From the human T2T-CHM13v2.0 reference genome, Homo sapiens, in assembly GCF_009914755.1 (NCBI RefSeq), contig NC_060948.1: 64,000 nucleotides of DNA; one strand, written 5' to 3'. Below the pieces are notes generated by a model, which saw only the letters and a list, made by a program, of their open reading frames with translations, did no database searches and was not told the DNA's origin. This document shows, piece by piece, positions 27,101-41,100 of the stretch. The translations under genes were made by a program, and so were the position numbers. Every line of letters starts with the position of its first letter. The first letter of the stretch is position 1.

Positions 27101-29157
27101 AATGGAAAGGAATCGAAACGAATGGAATGGAATCGAACTGAAGAGACTGGAATGGAATGCACTGGAATGGAAGGGAGTGTAATGGAAGGTTCTCGAAAAA
27201 AATGGAATCGAATGGAATGGAATTGAATGGAACGGAATAGAGTCGAATGGAATTGAATGGAATGGAATGGACTAGAGTGAAATGGAATCGAACCACAAGG
27301 AATGGACAGGAATAGAATGGTCTCGAATTGAATGGAATCGTATGGAATGGCATCAAACGGAATGGAATGGACAGCCACGGAATGGAATGCACTCGAATGC
27401 AATGGAGTCGAAACTAATGGACTGGAATAGAATGGACTCGACTGGTACGGACTCCAATGGAATGGAATCGAATGGAAGGGAATCGAACGGAATGGACTCG
27501 AAGGGAAAAGACTGCAATGGAAAGGTCTCGAATGGAATGGAAATTAATGGAATGGAATCGAATGAAATGGAGTCAAAAGGAATGGAATCGAATGGCAAGA
27601 AATCGAATGTAATGGAATCGCAAGGAATTGATGTGAACGGAACGGAATGGAATGGAATCCAAAGGAATGGAATAGAATGGAATGGAATCGAATGGAAAGG
27701 ACTCGAATGGAAATCACTCGAATAGAATGCAATTTAATAAAATAGGATCAAATGTAATGGAATGGAATGGAAAGGAATCGAAACGAAAGGAATGGAGACA
27801 GATGGAATGGAATGGAACAGAGAGCAATGGTATAGAATGGAATGGAATCATCTGGAATGGAATTGAATGGAATGGAATAATATGAAATGGAATGGAATGG
27901 AATGGAATGGAATGCCCTTGAATTAAATGGACTGGACTCGAACAGAGTGGAATGGAAAGTGTTGAGATAGAATGGAATGGACTCCTTTGGAATGGTCTAG
28001 TATGCAATGCAATCGACTGGCAGGGAATCAAAAGGAATGTAATGGAATGGATTGGACTGGAATGCAATGGACTCGAATAGATTGGAAACGGAATGCAAAG
28101 GAATGGAATGGAATAGTATGGAATGGAATGGAAAGGAATGGAGTGGAATAGACTAGAGTGGAATGGAATGGACTGGAAAGCAATGGACTGGAATGGAACT
28201 TTCTTGAATGGACTGGAATCAAACGGAATGGAATGAAATGCAATCAAATGGCATGGAATAAAATAGAATGAAAGAGAATCAAATGGAATTGAATCGAATG
28301 GAATCGAATGGATTGGAAAGGAATAGAATGGAATGGAATGGAATTGACTCAAATGGAATGGACTAGAATGGAATGGATTCGAATGGAAGGCAAAGGAATG
28401 GAATCTATTGGAATGGACTGTAATGGAATGGAATGGAAGGGATTGGAATGGACTCGAATGGAATGGACTGCAATAGAAAGGATTCGAATGGAATGAAAAA
28501 GAATTGAATGGAATAGAACAGAATGGAATCAAATCGAATGAAATGGAATGGAATAGAAAGGAATGGAATGAAATGGAATGGAAAGGATTCGAATGGAATG
28601 CAATCGAATGGAATGGAATCGAACGGAATGGAATAAAATGGAAGAAAACTGGCAAGAAATGGAATCGAAATGAATGGAGTGTTATGGAACGGACTCAAAA
28701 GGAATTGAATGTAATAGAATGGAGTGGAGTGGACTCGAATATAATGGACTGGAATGGAATGAAATCACATGGAATGGGAACGAATGGAATGGAATGGAAA
28801 GGAATGGAATCGAATGGAAAGGAATCGAATGGAAGGGAATGAAATTGAATCAACAGGAATGGAAGGGAATAGAATAGACGGTAATGGAATGGACTCGAAT
28901 TGAATGGACACGAATGCTCAAATCGAATGGACTCGAATGGAATGGAAACGAAAGGAATGTCATCGAATGGAATTGAATCGATTGGAATGAAATCGCATAG
29001 AATGGAGTGGAATCAAATGGAATTGAATCGAAAGGAAAGGAAGCGAATGGACTGAAATGAAATGGAATGGAATTGAATGGAAAGTAATGCAATGGAATAG
29101 AATGGAACGAAATTTCACGGAATGGAATCAAACTGAATGGAATCAAATCAATGGAAT

Positions 29158-32100
29158 ATAATCAAATGGAATGGAAAGGAATTGAATGGAGTAGATTGAA
29201 TTGGATGGGATTGGAATGAAATGTACTGGAAAGGACTCGAATTTCATGAAACGGAATGGAATGAATTAGAACGGAATGGACTCGAATGGAATGGAATGTC
29301 ATGGAATGGCATCAAATGGAATGGAATCGAATGCGATGGAATGCTATGGAATGGAATGGAATGCATTGGAGTGGAATGTCCTCTAATGGAATGTATTCGA
29401 GTGGAATGGAATCGAATATAATGGAGTCGAATGAAATGGAATTGAAAGGAATGGGACCGAATACAATGGAATATACTGGAATGTAATGTAATGAACTCGA
29501 ATGTAATTGACTGGAATGGAATGTACATGAATGGAATGTAATCGAATGGAAAGCAATCCAATGGAATAGAATCTAATGCAATAAAATCGACTCAAATAGA
29601 GTAGAATGTAATGGAATGGAGTGCAGTGCAATGGAATGGAATGGAATGGAATGCAATGGAATGGAATGGAATGGAATGGGATGGAATGGTATGGAATGGA
29701 TAGTAATGGACTGGAGTGAAATGGACTGGAAAAGAATGGACTCAAATTGAAAGGGCTCGAAAGGAATGGAGTCAAATGGAATGGTCTGGAATGGAATGAA
29801 CACGAATGTAATGCAATCCAATAGAATGGAATCGAATGGCATGGAATATAAAGAAATGGAATCGAAGAGAATGGAAACAAATGGAATGGAATTGAATGGA
29901 ATGGAATTGAATGGAATGGGAACGAATGGAGTGAAATTGTATGCAGTAGAAGAGAATAGAATGGAATGCAAGCGAAAGGAAAGGAATGGATTGGAATGGA
30001 ATGGAATTCATTGGAATGGAAGGGAATGTAGTGTAATGGACAGGCCTGGAATAAAGTGGAATGCTACGGTCTCGAATGGAATAAAAATGTATGGAACGGA
30101 ATGCAATGAAACGGAATCGAATGTCATAGAATGTAATGGAATGCAAAAAAATGGACTCCAAAATCATTGACTGGAAAGGCTGGGTGTCGAAAGGAATTGA
30201 CTCCAATGGAATGGAATCGAATGGAATGGAAGTGAATAGAATGGAACTAAATCGAATGGAATGGAATTGATAGGAACGGAATGGAAAGGAATGCAATGAT
30301 TTGGCATGGAATGGAATCGAATGGCATCGAATGGAATGGAATGGAATGCAATGGAACGGAATGTATTAGAATGTAATGAACTTTAATGGAATGTACTCGA
30401 ATGGATTCGACTGGAATGGAATGTTCTCGAAGTGAATGGACTCCAATGGAATGGATTCGAAAGGATTGGAATCTAATGGAATGGAATTAAATGGAAATGA
30501 ATCAAATTGAATAGAACGGAATTGAATTGAATGGAATCGAATGCAATGGAATCTAATGAAACGGAAAGGAAAGGAATGGAATGGATTGGAATGGAATGGG
30601 CTGGAATGGAATGGAATCGAAACGAATGGAATGGAATCGAACTGAAGAGACTGGAATGGAATGCACTGGAATGGAAGGGAATGTAATGGAAGGTTCTCGA
30701 AAAAAATGGAATCGAAAGGAATGGAATTGAATGGAACGGAATAGAGTCGAATGGAATTGAATGGAATGGAATGGACTAGAGTGAAATGGAATCGAACCAC
30801 AAGGAATGGACAGGAATAGAATGGTCTCGAATTGAATGGAATCGTATGGAATGGCATCAAACGGAATGGAATGGACGGCCACGGAATGGAATGCACTCGA
30901 ATGCAATGGAGTCGAAACTAATGGACTGGAATAGAATGGACTCGACTGGTACGGACTCCAATGGAATGGAATCGAATGGAAGGGAATCGAACGGAATGGA
31001 CTCGAAGGGAAAAGACTGCAATGGAAAGGTCTCGAATGGAATGGAAATTAATGGAATGGAATGGAATCGAATGAAATGGAGTCAAAAGGAATGGAATCGA
31101 ATGGCAAGAAATCGAATGTAATGGAATCGCAAGGAATTGATGTGAACGGAACGGAATGGAATGGAATCCAAAGGAATGGAATAGAATGGAATGGAATCGA
31201 ATGGAAAGGACTCGAATGGAAATCACTCGAATAGAATGCAATTTAATAAAATAGGATCAAATGTAATGGAATGGAATGGAAAGGAATCGAAACGAAAGGA
31301 ATGGAGACAGATGGAATGGAATGGAACAGAGAGCAATGGTATAGAATGGAATGGAATCATCTGGAATGGAATTGAATGGAATGGAATAATATGAAATGGA
31401 ATGGAATGGAATGGAATGCCCTTGAATTAAATGGACTGGAATGGAATGGACTCGAACAGAGTGGAATGGAAAGTGTTGAAATAGAATGGAATGGACTCGT
31501 TTGGAATGGTCTAGTATGCAATGCAATAGACTGGCAGGGAATCAAAAGGAATGTAATCGAATGGATTGGACTGGAATGCAATGGACTCGAATAGATTGGA
31601 AACGGAAAGCAAAGGAATGGAATGGAATAGTATGGAATGGAATGCAAAGGAATGGAGTGGAATAGACTAGAGTGGAATGGAATGGACTCGAAAGCAATGG
31701 ACTGGAATGGAACTTTCTTGAATGGACTGGAATCAAAGGGAATGGAATGCAATGCAATCAAATGGCATGGAATAAAATAGAATGAAAGAGAATCAAATGG
31801 AATTGAATCGAATGGAATCGAATGGATTGGAAAGGAATAGAATGGAATGGAATGGAATTGACTCAAATGGAATGGACTAGAATGGAATGGATTCGAATGG
31901 AAGGCAAAGGAATGGAATCTATTGGAATGGACTGTAATGGAATGGAATGGAAGGGATTGGAATGGACTCGAATGGAATGGACTGCAATAGAAAGGATTCG
32001 AATGGAATGAAAAAGAATTGAATGGAATAGAACAGAATGGAATCAAATCGAATGAAATGGAATGGAATAGAAAGGAATGGAATGAAATGGAATGGAAAGG

Positions 32101-35100
32101 ATTCGAATGGAATGCAATCGAATGGAATGAAATCGAATGGAATGGAATCGAACGGAATGGAATAAAATGGAAGAAAACTGGCAAGAAATGGAGTCGAAAT
32201 GAATGGAGTGTTATGGAACGGACTCAAAAGGAATTGAATGTAATAGAATGGAGTGGAGTGGACTCGAATATAATGGACTGGAATGGAATGAAATCACATG
32301 GAATGGGAACGAATGGAATGGAATGGAAAGGAATGGAATCGAATGGAAAGGAATCGAATGGAAGGGAATGAAATTGAATCAACAGGAATGGAAGGGAGTA
32401 GAATAGACGGTAATGGAATGGACTCGAATAGAATGGACACGAATGCTCAAATTGAATGGACTCGAATGGAATGGAAACGAAAGGAATGTCATCGAATGGA
32501 ATTGAATCGATTGGAATGAAATCACATAGAATGGAGTGGAATCAAATGGAATTGAATCGAAAGGAAAGGAAGCGAATGGACTGAAATGAAATGGAATGGA
32601 ATTGAATGGAAATTAATGCAATGGAATAGAATGGAACGAAATTTCACGGAATGGAATCAAACTGAATGGAATCAAATCAATGGAATATAATCAAATGGAA
32701 TGGAAAGGAATTGAATGGAGTAGATTGGATTGGATGGGATTGGAATGAAATGTACTGGAAAGGACTCGAATTTCATGAAACGGAATGGAATGAATTAGAA
32801 CGGAATGGACTCGAATGGAATGGAATGTCATGGAATGGCATCAAATGGAATGGAATCGAATGCGATGGAATGCTATGGAATGGAATGGAATGCATTGGAA
32901 TGGAATGTCCTCTAATGGAATGTATTCGAGTGGAATGGAATCGAATATAATGGAGTCTAATGAAAGGGAATTGAAAGGAATGGGACCGAATACAATGGAA
33001 TATACTGGAATGTAATGTAATGAACTCGAATGTAATTGACTGGAATGGAATGTACATGAATGGAATGTAATCGAATGGAAAGCAATCCAATGGAATAGAA
33101 TCTAATGCAATAAAATGGACTCAAATAGAGTAGAATGTAATGGAATGGAGTGCAGTGCAATGGAATGGAATGGAATGGAATGCAATGGAATGGAATGGAA
33201 TGGAATGGAATGGAATGGGATGGAATGGTATGGAATGGATAGTAAGGGACTGGAGTGAAATGGACTGGAAAAGAATGGACTCAAATTGAAAGGGCTCGAA
33301 AGGAATGGAGTCAAATGGAATGGTCTGGAATGGAATGAACATGAATGTAATGCAATCCAATAGAATGGAATCGAATGGCATGGAATATAAAGAAATGGAA
33401 TCGAAGAGAATGGAAACAAATGGAATGGAATTGAATGGAATGGAATTGAATGGAATGGGAACGAATGGAGTGAAATTGTATGCAGTAGAAGAGAATAGAA
33501 TGGAATGCAAGCGAAAGGAAAGGAATGCATTGGAATGGAATGGAATTCATTGGAATGGAAGGGAATGTAGTGTAATGGACAGGCCTGGAATAAAGTGGAA
33601 TGCTACGGTCTCGAATGGAATAAAAATGTATGGAATGGAATGCAATGAAACGGAATCGAATGTCATAGAATGTAATGGAATGCAAAAAAATGGAATCCAA
33701 AATCATTGACTGGAAAGGCTGGGTGTCGAAAGGAATTGACTCCAATGGAATGGAATCGAATGGAATGGAAGTGAATAGAATGGAACTAAATCGAATGGAA
33801 TGGAATTGATAGGAACGGAATGGAAAGGAATGCAATGATTTGGCATGGAATGGAATCGAATGGCATCGAATGGAATGGAATGGAATGCAATGGAATGGAA
33901 TGTATTAGAATGTAATGAACTTTAATGGAATGTACTCGAATGGATTCGACTGGAATGGAATGTTCTCGAAGTGAATGGACTCCAATGGAATGGATTCGAA
34001 AGGAATGGAATCTAATGGAATGGAATTAAATGGAAATGAATCAAATTGAATAGAACGGAATTGAATTGAATGGAATCGAATGCAATGGAATCTAATGAAA
34101 CGGAAAGGAAAGGAATGGAATGGATTGGAATGGAATGGGCTGGAATGGAATGGAATCGAAACGAATGGAATGGAATCGAACTGAAGAGACTGGAATGGAA
34201 TGCACTGGAATGGAAGGGAATGTAATGGAAGGTTCTCGAAAAAAATGGAATCGAAAGGAATGGAATTGAATGGAACGGAATAGAGTCGAATGGAGTTCAA
34301 TGGAATGGAATGGACTAGAGTGAAATGGAATCGAACCACAAGGAATGGACAGGAATAGAATGGTCTCGAATTGAATGGAATCGTATGGAATGGCATCAAA
34401 CGGAATGGAATGGACAGCCACGGAATGGAATGGACACCCACGGAATGGAATGCACTCGAATGCAATGGAGTCGACACTAATGGACTGGAATAGAATGGAC
34501 TCGACTGGTACGGACTCCAATGGAATGGAATCGAATGGAAGGGAATCGAACGGAATGGACTCGAAGGGAAAAGACTGCAATGGAAAGGTCTCCAATGGAA
34601 TGGAAATTAATGGAATGGAATGGAATCGAATGAAATGGAGTCAAAAGGAATGGAATCGAATGGCAGGAAATCGAATGTAATGGAATCGCAAGGAATTGAT
34701 GTGAACGGAACGGAATGGAATGGAATCCAAAGGAATGGAATAGAATGGAATGGAATCGAATGGAAAGGACTCGAATGGAAATCACTCGAATAGAATGCAA
34801 TTTAATAAAATAGGATCAAATGTAATGGAATGGAATGGAAAGGAATAGAAACGAAAGGAATGGAGACAGATGGAATGGAATGGAACAGAGAGCAATGGTA
34901 TAGAATGGAATGGAATCATCTGGAATGGAATTGAATGGAATGGAATAATATGAAATGGAATGGAATGGAATGGAATGCCCTTGAATTAAATGGACTGGAA
35001 TGGAATGGACTCGAACAGAGTGGAATGGAAAGTGTTGAAATAGAATGGAATGGACTCGTTTGGAATGGTCTAGTATGCAATGCAATAGACTGGCAGGGAA

Positions 35101-38100
35101 TCAAAAGGAATGTAATCGAATGGATTGGACTGGAATGCAATGGACTCGAATAGATTGGAAACGGAAAGCAAAGGAATGGAATGGAATAGTATGGAATGGA
35201 ATGCAAAGGAATGGAGTGGAATAGACTAGAGTGGAATGGAATGGACTCGAAAGCAATGGACTGGAATGGAACTTTCTTGAATGGACTGGAATCAAAGGGA
35301 ATGGAATGCAATGCAATCAAATGGCATGGAATAAAATAGAATGAAAGAGAATCAAATGGAATTGAATCGAATGGAATCGAATGGATTGGAAAGGAATAGA
35401 ATGGAATGGAATGGAATTGACTCAAATGGAATGGACTAGAATGGAATGGATTCGAATGGAAGGCAAAGGAATGGAATCTATTGGAATGGACTGTAATGGA
35501 ATGGAATGGAAGGGATTGGAATGGACTCGAATGGAATGGACTGCAGTAGAAAGGATTCGAATGGAATGAAAAAGAATTGAATGGAATAGAACAGAATGGA
35601 ATCAAATCGAATGAAATGGAATGGAATAGAAAGGAATGGAATGAAATGGAACGGAAAGGATTCGAATGGAATGCAATCGAATGGAATGCAATCGAATGGA
35701 ATGGAATCGAACGGAATGGAATAAAATGGAAGAAAACTGGCAAGAAATGGAATCGAAATGAATGGAGTGTTATGGAACGGACTCAAAAGGAATTGAATGT
35801 AATGGAATGGAGTGGAGTGGACTCGAATATAATGGACTAGAATGGAATGAAATCACATGGAATGGGAACGAATGGAATGGAATGGAAAGGAATGGAATCG
35901 AATGGAAAGGAATCGAATGGAAGGGAATGAAATTGAATCAACAGGAATGGAAGGGAGTAGAATAGACGGTAATGGAATGGACTCGAATAGAATGGACACG
36001 AATGCTCAAATTGAATGGACTCGAATGGAATGGCAACGAAAGGAATGTCATCGAATGGAATTGAATCGATTGGAATGAAATCACATAGAATGGAGTGGAA
36101 TCAAATGGAATGGAATCGAAAGGAAAGGAAGCGAATGGACTGAAATGAAATGGAATGGAATTGAATGGAAATTAATGCAATGGAATAGAATGGAACGAAA
36201 TTTCACGGAATGGAATCAAACTGAATGGAATCAAATCAATGGAATATAATCAAATGGAATGGAAAGGAATTGAATGGAGTAGATTGAATTGGATGGGATT
36301 GGAATGAAATATACTGGAAAGGACTCGAATTTCATGAAACGGAATGGAATGAATTAGAACGGAATGGACTCGAATGGAATGGAATGTCATGGAATGGCAT
36401 CAAATGGAATGGAATCGAATGCGATGGAATGCTATGGAATGGAATGGAATGCATTGGAGTGGAATGTCCTCTAATGGAATGTATTCGAGTGGAATGGAAT
36501 CGAATATAATGGAGTCTAATGAAATGGAATTGAAAGGAATGGGACCGAATACAATGGAATATACTGGAATGTAATGTAATGAACTCGAATGTAATTGACT
36601 GGAATGGAATGTACATGAATGGAATGTAATCGAATGGAAAGCAATCCAATGGAATAGAATCTAATGCAATAAAATCGACTCAAATAGAGTAGAATGTAAT
36701 GGAATGGAGTGCAGTGCAATGGAATGGAATGGAATGGAATGCAATGGAATGGAATGGAATGGAATGGGATGGAATGGTATGGAATGGATAGTAATGGACT
36801 GGAGTGAAATGGACTGGAAAAGAATGGACTCAAATTGAAAGGGCTCGAAAGGAATGGAGTCAAATGGAATGGTCTGGAATGGAATGAACACGAATGTAAT
36901 GCAATCCAATAGAATGGAATCGAATGGCATGGAATATAAAGAAATGGAATCGAAGAGAATGGAAACAAATGGAATGGAATTGAATGGAATGGAATTGAAT
37001 GGAATGGGAACGAATGGAGTGAAATTGTATGCAGTAGAAGAGAATAGAATGGAATGCAAGCGAAAGGAAAGGAATGGATTGGAATGGAATGGAATTCATT
37101 GGAATGGAAGGGAATGTAGTGTATTGGACAGGCCTGGAATAAAGTGGAATGCTACGGTCTCGAATGGAATAAAAATGTATGGAACGGAATGCAATGAAAC
37201 GGAATCGAATGTCATAGAATGTAATGGAATGCAAAAAAATGGAATCCAAAATCATTGACTGGAAAGGCTGGGTGTCGAAAGGAATTGACTCCAATGGAAT
37301 GGAATCGAATGGAATGGAAGTGAATAGAATCGAACTAAATCGAATGGAATGGAATTGATAGGAACGGAATGGAAAGGAATGCAATGATTTGGCATGGAAT
37401 GGAATCGAATGGCATCGAATGGAATGGAATGGAATGCAATGGAATGGAATGTATTAGAATGTAATGAACTTTAATGGAATGTACTCGAATGGATTCGACT
37501 GGAATGGAATGTTCTCGAAGTGAATGGACTCCAATGGAATGGATTCGAAAGGAATGGAATCTAATGGAATGGAATTAAATAGAAATGAATCAAATTGAAT
37601 AGAACGGAATTGAATTGAATGGAATCGAATGCAATGGAATCTAATGAAACGGAAAGGAAAGGAATGGAATGGATTGGAATGGAATGGGCTGGAATGGAAT
37701 GGAATCGAAACGAATGGAATGGAATCGAACTGAAGAGACTGGAATGGAATGCACTGGAATGGAAGGGAATGTAATGGAAGGTTCTCGAAAAAAATGGAAT
37801 CGAAAGGAATGGAATTGAATGGAACGGAATAGAGTCGAATGGAATTGAATGGAATGGAATGGACTAGAGTGAAATGGAATCGAACCACAAGGAATGGACA
37901 GGAATAGAATGGTCTCGAATTGAATGGAATCGTATGGAATGGCATCAAACGGAATGGAATGGACAGCCACGGAATGGAATGGACACCCACCGAATGGAAT
38001 GCACTCGAATGCAATGGAGTCGACACTAATGGACTGGAATAGAATGGACTCGACTGGTACGGACTCCAATGGAATGGAATCGAATGGAAGGGAATCGAAA

Positions 38101-41100
38101 GGAATGGACTCGAAGGGAAAAGACTGCAATGGAAAGGTCTCCAATGGAATGGAAATTAATGGAATGGGATGGAATCGAATGAAATGGAGTCAAAAGGAAT
38201 GGAATCGAATGGCAAGAAATCGAATGTAATGGAATCGCAAGGAATTGATGTGAACGGAACGGAATGGAATGGAATCCAAAGGAATGGAATAGAATGGAAT
38301 GGAATCGAATGGAAAGGACTCGAATGGAAATCACTCGAATAGAATGCAATTTAATAAAATAGGATCAAATGTAATGGAATGGAATGGAAAGGAATAGAAA
38401 CGAAAGGAATGGAGACAGATGGAATGGAATGGAACAGAGAGCAATGGTATAGAATGGAATGGAATCATCTGGAATGGAATTGAATGGAATGGAATAATAT
38501 GAAATGGAATGGAATTTAATGGAATGGAATGCCCTTGTATTAAATGGACTGGAATGGAATGGACTCGAGCAGAGTGGAATGGAAAGTGTTGAAATAGAAT
38601 GGAATGGACTCGTTTGGAATGGTCTAGTATGCAATGCAATCGACTGGCAGGGAATCAAAAGGAATGTAATCGAATGGATTGGACTGGAATGCAATGGACT
38701 CGAATAGATTGGAAACGGAAAGCAAAGGAATGGAATGGAATAGTATGGAATGGAATGGAAAGGAATGGAGAGGAATAGACTAGAGTGGAATGGAATGGAC
38801 TCGAAAGCAATGGACTGGAATGGAACTTTCTTGAATGGACTGGAATCAAAGGGAATGGAATGCAATGCAATCAAATGGCATGGAATAAAATAGAATGAAA
38901 GAGAATCAAATGGAATTGAATCGAATGGAATCGAATGGATTGGAAAGGAATAGAATGGAATGGAATGGAATTGACTCAAATGGAATGGACTAGAATGGAA
39001 TGGATTCGAATGGAAGGCAAAGGAATGGAATCTATTGGAATGGACTGTAATGGAATGGAATGGAAGGGATTGGAATGGACTCGAATGGAATGGACTGCAA
39101 TAGAAAGGATTCGAATGGAATGAAAAAGAATTGAATGGAATAGAACAGAATGGAATCAAATCGAATGAAATGGAATGGAATAGAAAGGAATGGAATGAAA
39201 TGGAATGGAAAGGATTCGAATGGAATGCAATCGAATGGAATGAAATCGAATGGAATGGAATCGAACGGAATGGAATAAAATGGAAGAAAACTGGCAAGAA
39301 ATGGAGTCGAAATGAATGGAGTGTTATGGAACGGACTCAAAAGGAATTGAATGTAATAGAATGGAGTGGAGTGGACTCGAATATAATGGACTGGAATGGA
39401 ATGAAATCACATGGAATGGGAACGAATGGAATGGAATGGAAAGGAATGGAATCGAATGGAAAGGAATCGAATGGAAGGGAATGAAATTGAATCAACAGGA
39501 ATGGAAGGGAGTAGAATAGACGGTAATGGAATGGACTCGAATAGAATGGACACGAATGCTCAAATTGAATGGACTCGAATGGAATGGCAACGAAAGGAAT
39601 GTCATCGAATGGAATTGAATCGATTGGAATGAAATCACATAGAATGGAGTGGAATCAAATGGAATTGAATCGAAAGGAAAGGAAGCGAATGGACTGAAAT
39701 GAAATGGAATGGAATTGAATGGAAATTAATGCAATGGAATAGAATGGAACGAAATTTCACGGAATGGAATCAAACTGAATGGAATCAAATCAATGGAATA
39801 TAATCAAATGGAATGGAAAGGAATTGAATGGAGTAGATTGGATTGGATGGGATTGGAATGAAATGTACTGGAAAGGACTCGAATTTCATGAAACGGAATG
39901 GAATGAATTAGAACGGAATGGACTCGAATGGAATGGAATGTCATGGAATGGCATCAAATGGAATGGAATCGAATGCGATGGAATGCTATGGAATGGAATG
40001 GAATGCATTGGAATGGAATGTCCTCTAATGGAATGTATTCGAGTGGAATGGAATCGAATATAATGGAGTCTAATGAAAGGGAATTGAAAGGAATGGGACC
40101 GAATACAATGGAATATACTGGAATGTAATGTAATGAACTCGAATGTAATTGACTGGAATGGAATGTACATGAATGGAATGTAATCGAATGGAAAGCAATC
40201 CAATGGAATAGAATCTAATGCAATAAAATGGACTCAAATAGAGTAGAATGTAATGGAATGGAGTGCAGTGCAATGGAATGGAATGGAATGGAATGCAATG
40301 GAATGGAATGGAATGGAATGGAATGGAATGGAATGGGATGGAATGGTATGGAATGGATAGTAATGGACTGGAGTGAAATGGACTGGAAAAGAATGGACTC
40401 AAATTGAAAGGGCTCGAAAGGAATGGAGTCAAATGGAATGGTCTGGAATGGAATGAACATGAATGTAATGCAATCCAATAGAATGGAATCGAATGGCATG
40501 GAATATAAAGAAATGGAATCGAAGAGAATGGAAACAAATGGAATGGAATTGAATGGAATGGAATTGAATGGAATGGGAACGAATGGAGTGAAATTGTATG
40601 CAGTAGAAGAGAATAGAATGGAATGCAAGCGAAAGGAAAGGAATGGATTGGAATGGAATGGAATTCATTGGAATGGAAGGGAATGTAGTGTAATGGACAG
40701 GCCTGGAATAAAGTGGAATGCTACGGTCTCGAATGGAATAAAAATGTATGGAATGGAATGCAATGAAACGGAATCGAATGTCATAGAATGTAATGGAATG
40801 CAAAAAAATGGAATCCAAAATCATTGACTGGAAAGGCTGGGTGTCGAAAGGAATTGACTCCAATGGAATGGAATCGAATGGAATGGAAGTGAATAGAATG
40901 GAACTAAATCGAATGGAATGGAATTGATAGGAACGGAATGGAAAGGAATGCAATGATTTGGCATGGAATGGAATCGAATGGCATCGAATGGAATGGAATG
41001 GAATGCAATGGAATGGAATGTATTAGAATGTAATGAACTTTAATGGAATGTACTCGAATGGATTCGACTGGAATGGAATGTTCTCGAAGTGAATGGACTC

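Larger units (their letters stand above)
1..29084 (+). repeat. Monomer subfamily 'A' block (monomers 1-8 plus start of 9)
   Basis: Shared alleles: doubled GGCATCAAATGGAAT (719-748), TCAGATAGAG, AGAAGGGAAT, TTCAAAAGG...ATCGTACGG, TAGCACGG, GTTGAGATAG, ACTCCTTTG, AAACGGAATGC, GAAAGTAATGC. Confidence 0.85.
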
